Shown piece after piece: positions 1 through 9,820 of a DNA stretch of 34,499 nt. A program made the position numbers and the translations under genes. Each line of letters begins with the position of its first letter. The stretch's first letter is position 1. Location: contig NW_005434557.1 in NCBI RefSeq assembly GCF_000315625.1, positions 1-34,499 of the forward strand, read 5' to 3'. The notes under the pieces are model-generated. The model was given only the letters and a program-made list of their open reading frames with translations, made no database searches and was not told the origin of the DNA. This stretch comes from Guillardia theta CCMP2712. Its lineage: Eukaryota > Protista > Cryptophyta.

Positions 1-1068
1 TGGCGATGAACGATGTGAATGACGTTTACACCTACTCTCCTCTCTTCTACTCGCGAGTGGATCCCTGGTATCTCCTCCTGCCTCTCCTCCTCCTCCTCCT
101 CCTCATGCCTCTTCTCCTCCTGCTCCCCCTTCCTGCCCTCCCCTCCTCTTGACCCCCCTCCCCGCCTCCCCATTTTCCCTCCTTGCTCGTTGCATCTGAC
201 CTAGTCCTCTCTTCTTCTGTCTTGTCTACATGCTCCACATCTCTCCTCTTCCTCTCCTCTTCCCTTCCTGATCTCACGTCTCTTCCTCTTCCTATCCTTT
301 CCCTCCCCTCTCCCTCCCTCCTGATGCCGCGCAGGAATCTGGCATGGCAGATGCGAGGAGCCCCGGTGGGAGAGCAGACGGTGTTGGGGTCTGTAGGTCG
401 AGGAAACTTCTCTGTGCTGTGGACGGAGGAGGGGCGGGTGCGGGGAGGGTTTCACTGCCGCTACGGGGAGGAGGAGGACGGGGAGACGCGGGACCCGTTC
501 GAGGTGCTGCGACGGCTCGTGGAAGAAAAGTTGACAAGAGAGCAAGTGGAAAGAGTAGTCAAGTGCCGCTCGATCTTTGAGGTGAGGAGAGGAAACGGAA
601 ATGATGGAGATGATGATGACGATGATGATGGAGATGATGATGATGGAGATGATGATGATGACGACGACGACCATGTCGATGGAGATGGTGGAATGATGAT
701 GGAGATGTCGATGGAGATGATGATGTCGATGGAGATAAAGATGATGATGATGATGAGGAAGATGATGAGGAAGATGATGATGACGATGATGACGATGGCG
801 ATGGCGATGACGATGACGATGACGACGACGATGACGACGACGACCATAACGATGAAAATGATGGAATGATGATGGAGATGTCGATGGAGATGATGATGAT
901 GACGACGACGATGATGATGATGACGATGACGACGACCATGACGATGGAGAAGGTGGAATGATGATGGAGCAGTCGATGGAGATGATTGAGTGGAGGATGG
1001 AGATTTGACAAGGTGCAACAGGCTGACGATGCTCTGAGAAAGCCATAGAGCAAGCAAGCTCAAGTTGA
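1..1068 (+). CDS. 3' part of an FAD/NAD-dependent reductase, monodehydroascorbate-reductase-like (partial, multi-exon)
   Basis: Exon 335-581 (cag|...|gtgagg) reads NLAWQMRGAPVGEQTVLGSVGRGNFSVLWTEEGRVRGGF..., resembling the MDAR C-terminal pattern LSWQFYG-x-VG...F-xx-W-xxx-G-x-V-x-G-x-F. Last exon lies after the GAT-repeat intron; stop at 1048 or 1068, uncertain. Family call is from memory. Confidence 0.5.
600..990. repeat. Intronic compound (GAT/GAC)n microsatellite with higher-order duplication
   Basis: Long GAT/GAC/ATG runs. The block gacgacgaccat...ggaatgatgatggag...gtcgatggagatgat recurs at ~663, ~836 and ~929. Confidence 0.95.
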
Positions 1069-1070
1069 AT

Positions 1071-1154
1071 CGCTAAGAGTCTGCAATTTCAGTAGTTTAT
1101 TTCAAATCTCATTGCCAAGAGTCTGCAATTTCAGTAGTTCATTTCAATTATCAT
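1071..1154. repeat. 42-bp tandem duplication between convergent genes
   Basis: aagagtctgcaatttcagtagtt(t/c)atttcaa at 1075 and 1117. Confidence 0.9.
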
Positions 1155-1205
1155 CATATTGATACAGATATCCATCTCGTCTCCTCTCTCTTGGCCCTCC
1201 CATGA

Positions 1206-2385
1206 TCAGAGCTGAGCGCTCATCTTGCGAAACTGCCGCTGAGAGGAGCATGTCAAGGAAAGCAGATGCAGGAAGAAGGAGAGAGTGGAAACGGAAGGGT
1301 TTAGAAGGAGCGAGGCGAGGGAGGAGGATCAGGTAGGATTAGGAAGGCCAGGGCGGAGGAAGATGAAGGAGGAATAGTGAAAGGAGAGAACGAGAGGGCG
1401 GCATACTTTCATGTAGCCTTTCACTTCATGCTCGCATGCGATGCACTGACATCCAACTTTGCAAAGTCTTGGCTCCTTGCTGTCTGAGGACAGGGAGATG
1501 GGAGGCTGCGGAGAGGAGCATGAGGGAGGTGCAGGAGAGGAGGAGCGTGCGTGAGAGGGGAGGAGAGGAGGAGCATGTAAGATGATGGTCATGGAAGAAG
1601 GCGTGAGATTCGAGTAGGAAGAAAACGGATGGAGAGAAAGAGCAAGGCTGAGAGAAGGGCAGGCAGCAAGTGAGCTCACCGCCGCATCCTCCTTTTTCCT
1701 CGGATTCTTGTGGGGCCCAACACTACGATGAGTCAAGAGGAGGAGGAGGAGGAGGAGGAGAGCAGCACCGGATGTCGACGTTGCCGGCCTTCTCCTTGTC
1801 CTTCATATCGCTCTGCTTGTGTAAAAACTTCTGCCTGAATACAGCATGTCGACGAATCCTCGCCTCCTAGAGGGATCAGATTCAGCTCAGTCAACCAACT
1901 TCGAGCTGGCTCACCTCAAGTTGCTTCAGCTCCTCTCCTTTCACCAGCTGGGGGTCCTTAAGGGCTGACAATGCCTCGTGCTGTTGCTTCTTGATCCTCC
2001 TCACCTCCTGCAGCTCCTGCATCCCTTGCTCCAACAGCTTGCTGATGAGCGCTTCTCGTCTCACACCTCTTGACTCCACTTGACCGTCTTCCTTGACGCT
2101 CATCGCCGGCAGCTCCTCTTCTTCCTCCTCTTCCTCCTGCTCTACAGCTGCGTGAGAAGAATTCTTGACGAAATGGTAAAGCTCCGAGTAGGCATCAGGC
2201 AGGGAGCGCGAGCGACTATGAAGGGCGAAGGATCTTTGAGATCCTTGCCTTGTCGTGCTGCTATGCGGTCCTTCTAGCTCAAACCTCCGGCTTCTCATAT
2301 CTGGAGCAGCTTCAGTCGCTTTCATGCTTACGCCGCGCGAGTCTTCCCGGCAGAAGCAGAACATGTCCATCAACCATTGATCCAT
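1206..2385 (-). CDS. Hypothetical multi-exon protein with coiled coil and a C-terminal Cys cluster
   Basis: Exon from ATG 2385 (MDQWLMDMFCFCRED...QLE) splices via GT-AG introns to EARIRRHAVFRQKF..., VGPHKNPRKKEDAA, PPISLSSDSKEPRLCKVGCQCIACEHEVKGYMK and RQFRKMSAQL* (stop 1206-1208). Confidence 0.65.
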
Positions 2386-2718
2386 CTTGCCTGCGCTGTC
2401 AGCTGCCGAGCTGCCGCGTAGATCAGCCTGGGCTTGTTTCTAGTCTCCTCCTCGCCCCCGTCCTCCCTCCTTGGGGGATCCCATCGGACTCGGATATCGG
2501 GACGGAAAAAAAAGATCATCAGTGTTCACGGTTAGGCACTGAGAGTTCGAGCGCTTCCCGGTGTGACTCAGACCGGGCTGGCGCCGGGCCCCGGGACCGG
2601 GACTCGCCCACCCGGCCCGGGCCGGGCGGCCCGGCTCTGTGCTTCCGCCATTTGAAGTTCACCCGGCTGCCGCACTGAGATGCCGGCAGAGCTCGTCCCC
2701 GGGGCCTCCTCCTCCGGT

Positions 2719-2890
2719 CTTTACTCAAAGTTAAGTTACTTGAAGATCAGGTTAACCTCTTTGCTTTACTCAAAGTTAAGTTAAAAAGCAGTACGAGGAC
2801 AATAATAATGAGAGTCGAGGAGGCTTGACCCTGACACTGTCGCACAGGCCAAATCAGGTACTTTACTCAAAGTTAAGTTAAAAGCAGCAC
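2719..2890. repeat. Three copies of the 20-bp direct repeat ctttactcaaagttaagtta in a divergent promoter region
   Basis: Identical copies start at 2719, 2764 and 2861. Confidence 0.9.
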
Positions 2891-2985
2891 GAAGATCTCT
2901 TTATTGACTGAAGATCAGTAGTAGGGGCGTGACACATTTAAACTGTAACGATGACCTTTTTTTTCAGAGCAAGTTGACATTTTTC

Positions 2986-3255
2986 GAAATCGTCTTCTCA
3001 TCTCTTCAAAGTTCCCCCTAACATTTCAAAGCTCCTTTCAAACCAAAGATGGAGCAGTGCCTCATGTTTCGCGGGAAGTCAATTCTTTTCAAACCCTCCC
3101 TCTCTCTCTTCAAAGTTAGCCCGAGCATTTCAAACACACGGTCAACTTTAACGCAAGCTCTCGTGAGGCGGATTTGAACCCACTTCAAGATACTCATGTC
3201 ACCATTACAAATTTTGCACAGCATCTTCAAGAATATCAACTTCCCTCCAAAGTTG
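2986..3255 (+). repeat. ~270-bp TTCAAA-rich element upstream of surface-protein copy 1
   Basis: Near-identical to 11041-11310 (same orientation) and to the reverse complement of 6878-7148. Confidence 0.9.
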
Positions 3256-3314
3256 TAGAAAAAAAAACCAAGAGTATAAAACCCGACTGACCACGCAGCA
3301 GACGCTCCATCGCG

Positions 3315-4075
3315 ATGCTCTTCAGATCCTTCCTCTGCCTCACCCTCGTGGCGGCTACTGCTGCTACCACATGCTACATCTCTGACAAGAAGGCCACCAA
3401 CGGTAGCTCCCTCCCTCCTGTCTCTCAGGCTCTTCTGCTTCTTGAGTCCTTTCTCGTGCTTGTCCTTATCCTCCTCCTCCTCTTGCTCCTCCTCCGTACC
3501 GTCTCGGCAACAGATGCTTGAGCTGACCTATGACGCAGGCGGATGCCCCGAGACGACTTTCAAGTACGGAAGCTGCGCGTCGAAAGCTGTGGCTGATGCT
3601 GGCGTGGACGCCTTGATCACCTCACACAAGGCTCTAGCACCGGCTGACAATGCAGCTTGCAAGGCTAAGATCGACGCACAGTGCGCTGGCGTTGTAAGTC
3701 AGAGAGAAGCTGGCTTGCTTGCCTACAGCCTATTGACTTGTTTCATGATCGCAGAAGGCGAAGGGATCCGACTGCGCCGCGTACTGTCCGATACTTCCTA
3801 CAGTGACTGGATGCATGACTGACTCGGACTGCACCTCGACGACGACCGTTCCTACTCCCTTGGCTTGCTGCAGCTCATTGAAGACCGTCTACTCCAACTT
3901 TTGCGAATATCCTAGCGCTACTCTCGATGCTGTCATCGCTGGGTTGAAGACTGGCGGCGGTTGTGCGGACACCAACTGCGTCTCTACTACCTCAGGAGCC
4001 ATGGGCTCAGCACCCATGTCCTTCGCCATGCTCCTTCTCGCCGTCGTTGCGAGCTTGACGGCCTCCAAGATCTGA
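3315..4075 (+). CDS. Secreted Cys-rich, putatively GPI-anchored surface protein, copy 1 (187 aa)
   Basis: Exons 3315-3402, 3539-3693 and 3755-4075 join in frame with GT-AG introns. Signal peptide MLFRSFLCLTLVAATAA, 14 Cys in the mature part, C-terminal SGAMGSAPMSFAMLLLAVVASLTASKI (small residues, spacer, hydrophobic tail). Confidence 0.88.
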
Positions 4076-4095
4076 TGCGAAGACTCTCGCTGACC

Positions 4096-5150
4096 TCAAC
4101 ACGCAATGTTCCTTGTATCTGATAATAAACTTGTCTTACCTCTGCGGTCTAGCGTCCGCGAGCTCCCACGCGAGGGCTCTGTCTCTCGCCACCTGCTGCT
4201 CTGGCCCCCCGTGAGGTACCGTGCCGAGGAGAGGAGGCGTGCGGAAGCACTCAAGACCACGACCAGAGGGTCTCGCGTGTCACTGTCGAGGTAGAGCAAG
4301 CCCTGCGCTGTGCTAAGCTTTGTACACGACCCCCGAATGCATACGCCTCTTCTCCTACAGCTCTTTCTCTTCTCCGCCAAGCCTCCCCGGCGTCTGCCTC
4401 CCCGTCATCACGACACGCGCCTCCAGCAGAGCCGATCATGCCTGCCGCCTCCAGCAGCAGCTCCGTCAGGATCTTCTGCTACTCGGGCGCAGTCTCTTCC
4501 TTGCATCTCCCTGACAACGCCATCGATGCCCCCGGACCTTCGGTCCCGAGGATCTGAGCTGTCGTCGGCATCGCCTGCTCAAGAGCGCTGGACGGCGGGA
4601 AGGAAGGGCGGCCTCTAGCGCGGTCCTCCGGGAAGACCCGGAGAGACATGGCAGCAGGGGGAAGAGAGAGCGCAGGACAGGTGCGAGGGATGCTGGATGT
4701 GAGGATGGTGACGATCTGGCTGACATGTCAAGCTCAGAGGTCTCGCAGACGTTGTTGATCAGACAGCGGTGTGACATGGCAACCAGCCACTCGTCCCGCG
4801 CGACGTGTCCTGTGCTCGCTGCTCTTTGTTCCTGTCCCTATAACCAATACTTCCTCCCTCCTCCGCTATCTCAGAGGATCTCCTCCTCCTTGCCTGCGAC
4901 CTCCTCCTCCCTCCTGCTGTTTGCCGTATCGTCGGGACTTGCGACCGCCTCCTCTGCAGCTGCCTTCGCTGGCCGAGCAGCAGCAGCGGCCGAAGTCTGA
5001 CTGCTGTGCAAGGCAGATGGTCAGGTACATTATCGCCTCGAGGTCAGGCATCAACTTCAGACGATAGCCCAGGGAGACGGAGGGCGAGAGGAGAGCAGAG
5101 ACGGAGGAGCTCAGTCAGACGATGACGGAGCACAAGGGAGTAGGAACCCC
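4096..5150 (-). pseudogene. Degenerate minus-strand coding-like relic (duplicated at ~8175-9266)
   Basis: Protein-like stretches interrupted by stops (ASMALSGRCKEETAPE*QKILTELLLEAAGMIG; QTSAAAAARPAKAAAEEAVASPDD...EEEIL*). Frameshifting indels differ between the two copies. Confidence 0.35.
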
Positions 5151-5170
5151 TTCATCAGATCTCTTCTCTC

Positions 5171-5707
5171 TTGGAACTCAACTATCAAAAACCTGCTGAC
5201 AAATCAATTTTACGTTTCTCGACACTCTGGATGCACAAACATGTCATGCATTTCAACGTTGATGGCGGTCGACTCTATGGGATCACCGAAGCGCTTCTGT
5301 ATTCATCGAACCAGTGCTACGACAACCTTAAGCTCCTGATGTCCAGTGCATTCTATAACCATATAGATAGAACAGTATGTGAAAGAATCCTGCAAGCTGG
5401 CGTTGGCATCGAAGATGAGCAGGACATCGACTACATCATCACACTCATCTTTCACAAGGAGGTGTATACTCGGAATCTGACTGGCCCAGTCGGAGAGGAT
5501 CCACACAGATATGTCTTACAGGACAAGTTGATTCAATCGTCAAAGTGGTTTGATGCCAAGACTCCGTCAGAGCTCTGCGGGGGTGAGCTCAAGCCTCCGC
5601 AGGAAGAAGTCTCATTGAGCAAGCGTGGGCAGCAAGAGCAGCTATATGACTCTTACAGCTACAAAGGCAGCAACGGCTACTGGCTCCCTGAGGTACAACC
5701 CCTGTAG
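5171..5707 (+). CDS. Intronless ORF of unknown function, possibly a captured fragment, copy 1
   Basis: Open frame 5144-5707 with globular composition and lower GC than flanks. Copy 2 keeps the frame with a 3-nt deletion (EVYTR to EDTR). First ATG at 5231. Confidence 0.45.
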   Translation: MELNYQKPADKSILRFSTLWMHKHVMHFNVDGGRLYGITEALLYSSNQCYDNLKLLMSSAFYNHIDRTVCERILQAGVGIEDEQDIDYIITLIFHKEVYTRNLTGPVGEDPHRYVLQDKLIQSSKWFDAKTPSELCGGELKPPQEEVSLSKRGQQEQLYDSYSYKGSNGYWLPEVQPL

Positions 5708-5881
5708 CGCAACGGAGACTGCAAGGTAGGAGTGAGTACGATTGACTGAACCTCGAGGAGGATGATCGCTCGTGCGTGAGGAGTCTTGTTTACCCCTGGT
5801 GGTTCCCTTACGGGCTATGAAAGAATCGTCTACTGCTGAGATGGTCTGTTGACTTCCCTTCTGTGTGTGCAACGAACCTGT

Positions 5882-6443
5882 TGATGTGAGACTTGCTCCA
5901 ACAACGTAGCAAAGTGCACTTGGAAGAATGAAGAATGAAGCTAGATTTGTTTATGTATCAGCAGTAGCAAGATAATTTGTGTAGGGACCAATGTAGAAGA
6001 GAGAGGAAGTTCGAGCAGCGGAAGCCGCTCCTCTGCTGGCTTAAATAGTGTCGTAGATGATCTTGCTAATGTACGGTCAAGCCTCATCCTCGTAGTAATA
6101 TACCTGTCGTATGTACTGAGCCTTTACGACCAGCCGCCAGGTCCATCGTATAAGATGCACCCTGCCGGCCCCAAGTTTGGTGCTCGCTGTCTTCTCTCTT
6201 CAAGCCTCGCCGTTTCAAGGGCCTGTGCGACAGTGTCAGGGTCAAGCCTCAGGCTCCTCGACTCTCCTGATTGTCCTCGTACTGATCATTCTTCAACTTC
6301 ACCGTTGAGTAAAAAGTACCCGACATAGTACCGGAGGTATTTCATATAAACTCCATATCGCCCTTTTGCTTTTGCTATTTCGGCATGATGCTGTTACATC
6401 GGTACAAGTCACTGAGTGCAACGATGTCATGGGTACAACATCA
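5882..6443 (-). mobile_element. Solo LTR (562 bp) with 5-bp target-site duplication CCTGT
   Basis: Ends TGATGT...ACATCA (TG..CA, 6-bp inverted repeat), flanked by cctgt at 5877-5881 and 6444-6448. The paralogous unit has a single cctgt at 10026-10030 (empty site). Strand guessed from TATTTAAG and ATAAAC motifs on minus. Confidence 0.88.
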
Positions 6444-6877
6444 CCTGTAATGTGTTTGTGATGAGTCTCGAATCGACTTCACATCACTTCTGTCACTGAG
6501 GGAGTCCCTCCCAGCCTCCCTCTGACTGACTGACTCAGGGGGGCGGGGGGGGTGACTCAGGCCGCCCATACGCCGGGGCTCAATTCTCCGGCCCGGCGGG
6601 CTTCCAGGGCTCAGGACCGCAGACGGACGGCCCCGGCACAGAGAGACTCCCGGCTGCTCGGCCCGGCCCGCCCGGTCACCCGGTGGCCGCGCATTGGAGC
6701 CGCCTGACGGCGTTGGCACTTGAAGGCCCGTCCGGCGGAGCCGCGTCGTTCGGAGTTCATTTTACTGAGTCTCTTAAAGCCTGACAGGCCTGCTATTTCC
6801 GGCCACTGCTGTCCCCCAAACTTAACTGATACCTTCACTTAACTTACTGCGCACAGGAACCTCGCTTTGTTTTCTGC

Positions 6878-7148
6878 CAACTTTGGAGAGAAGATGATAT
6901 TTTTGAAGATGCTGTGCAAAATTTGTAATGGTGACATGAGTATCTTGAAGTGGTTTCAAATCCGCCTCACGAGAGCTTGCGTTGAAGTTGACCGTGTGTT
7001 TTGAAATGCTCGGGCTAACTTTGAAGAGAGAGAGGGAGGGTTTGAAAAGAATTGACTTCCAGCGAAACACGAGGCACTGCTGAATCCTTGGTTTGAAGGC
7101 AGCTTTGAAATGTTGGGGGGAACTTTGAAGAGATGAGAAGACGATTTC
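6878..7148 (-). repeat. Inverted copy of the ~270-bp TTCAAA-rich element, upstream of surface-protein copy 2
   Basis: Reverse complement aligns end to end with 2986-3255 with scattered substitutions. Confidence 0.9.
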
Positions 7149-7241
7149 ACGTTCGCCCCATTCCCCTTTCCTTTTACTAGTTACCGGAAGTTAATTTTTA
7201 TTTATAAATATAAATGCCGACTGACCCAGACCTCCATCGCT

Positions 7242-8154
7242 ATGCTCTTCAGATCCTTCCTCTGCCTCACCCTCGTGGCGGCTACTGCTGCTACCACGTG
7301 CTACATCTCTGAGAAGAAGGCCACCAACGGTAGCTCCCTCCCTCCTGTCTCTCAGGCTCTTCTGCTTCTTGAGTCCTTCTCTTGCTCCTTCTCCTCATCG
7401 TCCTCTTGGTGTCGTATCGGGTTGTAAATCTCCTTCTTCCTCCCTGTAAAAGTGATTCACAGATGCTTGAGCTGACCTATGACGCAGGCGGATGCCCCGA
7501 GACGACTTTCAAGTTCGGAAGCTGCGCGTCGAAAGCTGTGGCTGATGCTGGCGTCGACGCAACCATCGCTGCACACAAGCTCGTAGCACCGGCTGACAAT
7601 GCAGCTTGCAAGGCTAAGATCGACGCACAGTGCGGTGCTATCGTGAGTCAGAGAGAAGCTGGCTTGCTTGCTTGCCTACAGCCTAGTGACTTGTTTCATG
7701 ATCGCAGAAGGCGAAGGGATCCGACTGCGCCGCGTACTGTCCGTTGCTTACCACAGTGACTGGATGCATGACTGACTCGGACTGCACCTCGACGACGACC
7801 GTTCCTGTTCCCAAGCCTTGCTGCAGCTCATTGAAGACCGTCTACTCCAACTTTTGCGAATATCCTAGCGCTACTCTCGATGCTGTCATCGCTGGGTTGA
7901 AGACTGGCGGCGGTTGTGCGGACAGCAACTGCGTCTCTACTTCTGAGAAGGTGGATACAACTCCTGTCCCCACATCTGCCTCAAAAGTAGGGGATACAAC
8001 ACCTGTCCCCCAATCAACCTCAAGCGTAGTGGATACAACACCGGTCTCCACGTCTACCTCGACGGTAGCCTCAGAAGCCATGGGCTCAGCACCCATGTCC
8101 TTCGCCATGCTCCTTCTCGCCGTCGTTGCGAGCTTGACGGCCTCCAAGATCTGA
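7242..8154 (+). CDS. Secreted Cys-rich, putatively GPI-anchored surface protein, copy 2 (229 aa, long Ser/Thr stalk)
   Basis: Exons 7242-7329, 7488-7642 and 7708-8154. Same 14 Cys; 42 extra residues containing three DTTPV repeats before the GPI-like tail. Confidence 0.88.
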
Positions 8155-9346
8155 TGCGAAGACTCTCGCTGACCTCAACACGCAATGTTCCTTGTAGTGT
8201 GCATTACATCTGATAATAAACTTGTCTTACCTCTGTGGTCTAGCGTCCGCGAGCTCCCACGCGAGGGCTCTTTCCCTCGCCACCTGCTGCTCTGGCCCCC
8301 CGTGAGGTACCGTGCCGAGGAGAGGAGGCGTGCAGAAGCACTCAAGACCACGACCAGAGGGCCTCGCTCGCACAAGTCCTCGCGTGTCACTGTCGAGGTA
8401 GAGCAAGCCCTGCGCTGTGCTAAGCTTGTACACGACCCCCGACTGCATACGCCTCTTCTCCTACAGCTCTTTCTCTTCCTTCTCCGCCAAGCCTCCCCGG
8501 CGTCTGCCTCCCTATCATCACGACACGCGCCTCCAGCAGAGCCGATCATGCCTGCCGCCTCCAGCAGCAGCTCCGTCAGGATCTTCTGCTACTCGGGCGC
8601 AGTCTCTTCCTTGCATCTCCCTGACAACGCCATCGATGCCCCCGGACCTTCGGTCCCGAGGATCTGAGCTGTCGTCGGCATCGCCTGCTCAACTTTGGAG
8701 CTCTTGACGGCGGGAAGGAAGGGCGGCCTCTAGCGCGGTCCCCCGGGAAGACCCGGAGAGACATGGCAGCAGGGGGAAGAGAGAGCGCAGGACAGGTGCG
8801 AGGGATGCTGGATGTGAGGATGGTGACGATCTGGCTGACATGTCAAGCTCAGAGGTCTCGCAGACGTTGTTGATCAGACAGCGGTGTGACATGGCAACCA
8901 GCCACTCATCTCCGCGCGACGTGTCCTGTGCTCGCTGCTCTTTGTTCCTGTCCCTACGACCAACCCCTCCTCCCTCCTCCGCGGTCACAGAGGATCTCCT
9001 CCTCCTTGCCTGCGACCTCCTCCTCCCTCCTGCTGTTTGCCGTATCGTCGGGACTTGCGACCGCCTCCTCTGCAGCTGCCTTCGCTGGCCGAGCAGCAGC
9101 AGCGGCCGAAGTCTGACTGCTGTGCAAGGCAGATGGTCAGGTACATTATCGCCTCGAGGTCAGGCATCAACTTCAGACGATAGACCAGGGAGACGGAGGG
9201 CGAGAGGAGAGCAGAGACGGAGGAGCTCAGTCAGAGGATGACGGAGCACAAGGGAGTAGGAACCCCTTCATCAGATCTCTTCTCTCTCGGAACTCAACTA
9301 TCAAAAACCTGCTGACAAATCAATTTTACGTTTCTCGACACTCTGG

Positions 9347-9820
9347 ATGCACAAACATGCCATGCATTTCAACGTTGATGGCGGTCGACTCTATGGGATC
9401 ACCGAAGCGCTTCTGTATTCATCGAACCAGTGCTACGACAACCTTAAGCTCCTGATGTCCAGTGCATTCTATAACCATATAGATAGAACAGTATGTGAAA
9501 GAATCCTGCAAGCTGGCGTTGGCATCGAAGATGAGCAGGACATCGACTACATCATCACACTCATCTTTCACAAGGAGGATACTCGGAATCTGACTGGCCC
9601 AGTCGGAGAGGATCCACACAGATATGTCTTACAGGACAAGTTGATTCAATCGTCAAAGTGGTTTGATGCCAAGACTCCGTCAGAGCTCTGCGGGGGTGAG
9701 CTCAAGCCTCCGCAGGAAGAAGTCTCATTGAGCAAGCGTGGGCAGCAAGAGCAGCTATATGACTCTTACAGCTACAAAGGAAGCAACGGCTACTGGCTCC
9801 CTGAGGTACAACCCCTGTAG
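9347..9820 (+). CDS. Intronless ORF of unknown function, copy 2
   Basis: Paralog of 5171-5707, frame intact. Confidence 0.45.
   Translation: MHKHAMHFNVDGGRLYGITEALLYSSNQCYDNLKLLMSSAFYNHIDRTVCERILQAGVGIEDEQDIDYIITLIFHKEDTRNLTGPVGEDPHRYVLQDKLIQSSKWFDAKTPSELCGGELKPPQEEVSLSKRGQQEQLYDSYSYKGSNGYWLPEVQPL

Noticed and set aside
183-1063. Long poly-His/Ser/Met/Ile ORFs in several frames
   Set aside because: Artefacts of the intronic GAT/GAC microsatellite; only 335-581 looks like an exon.
2719-2890. CRISPR-like look of three identical 20-bp repeats with unique spacers
   Set aside because: Eukaryotic context, only three repeats, very unequal spacers (25 and 77 bp), no cas genes.
3514-3538. Upstream cag acceptor (3511-3513) for exon 2 of the surface protein
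   Set aside because: Gives an immediate in-frame TGA. The acceptor at 3538 follows a CTGAC branch site and keeps the frame in all three copies.
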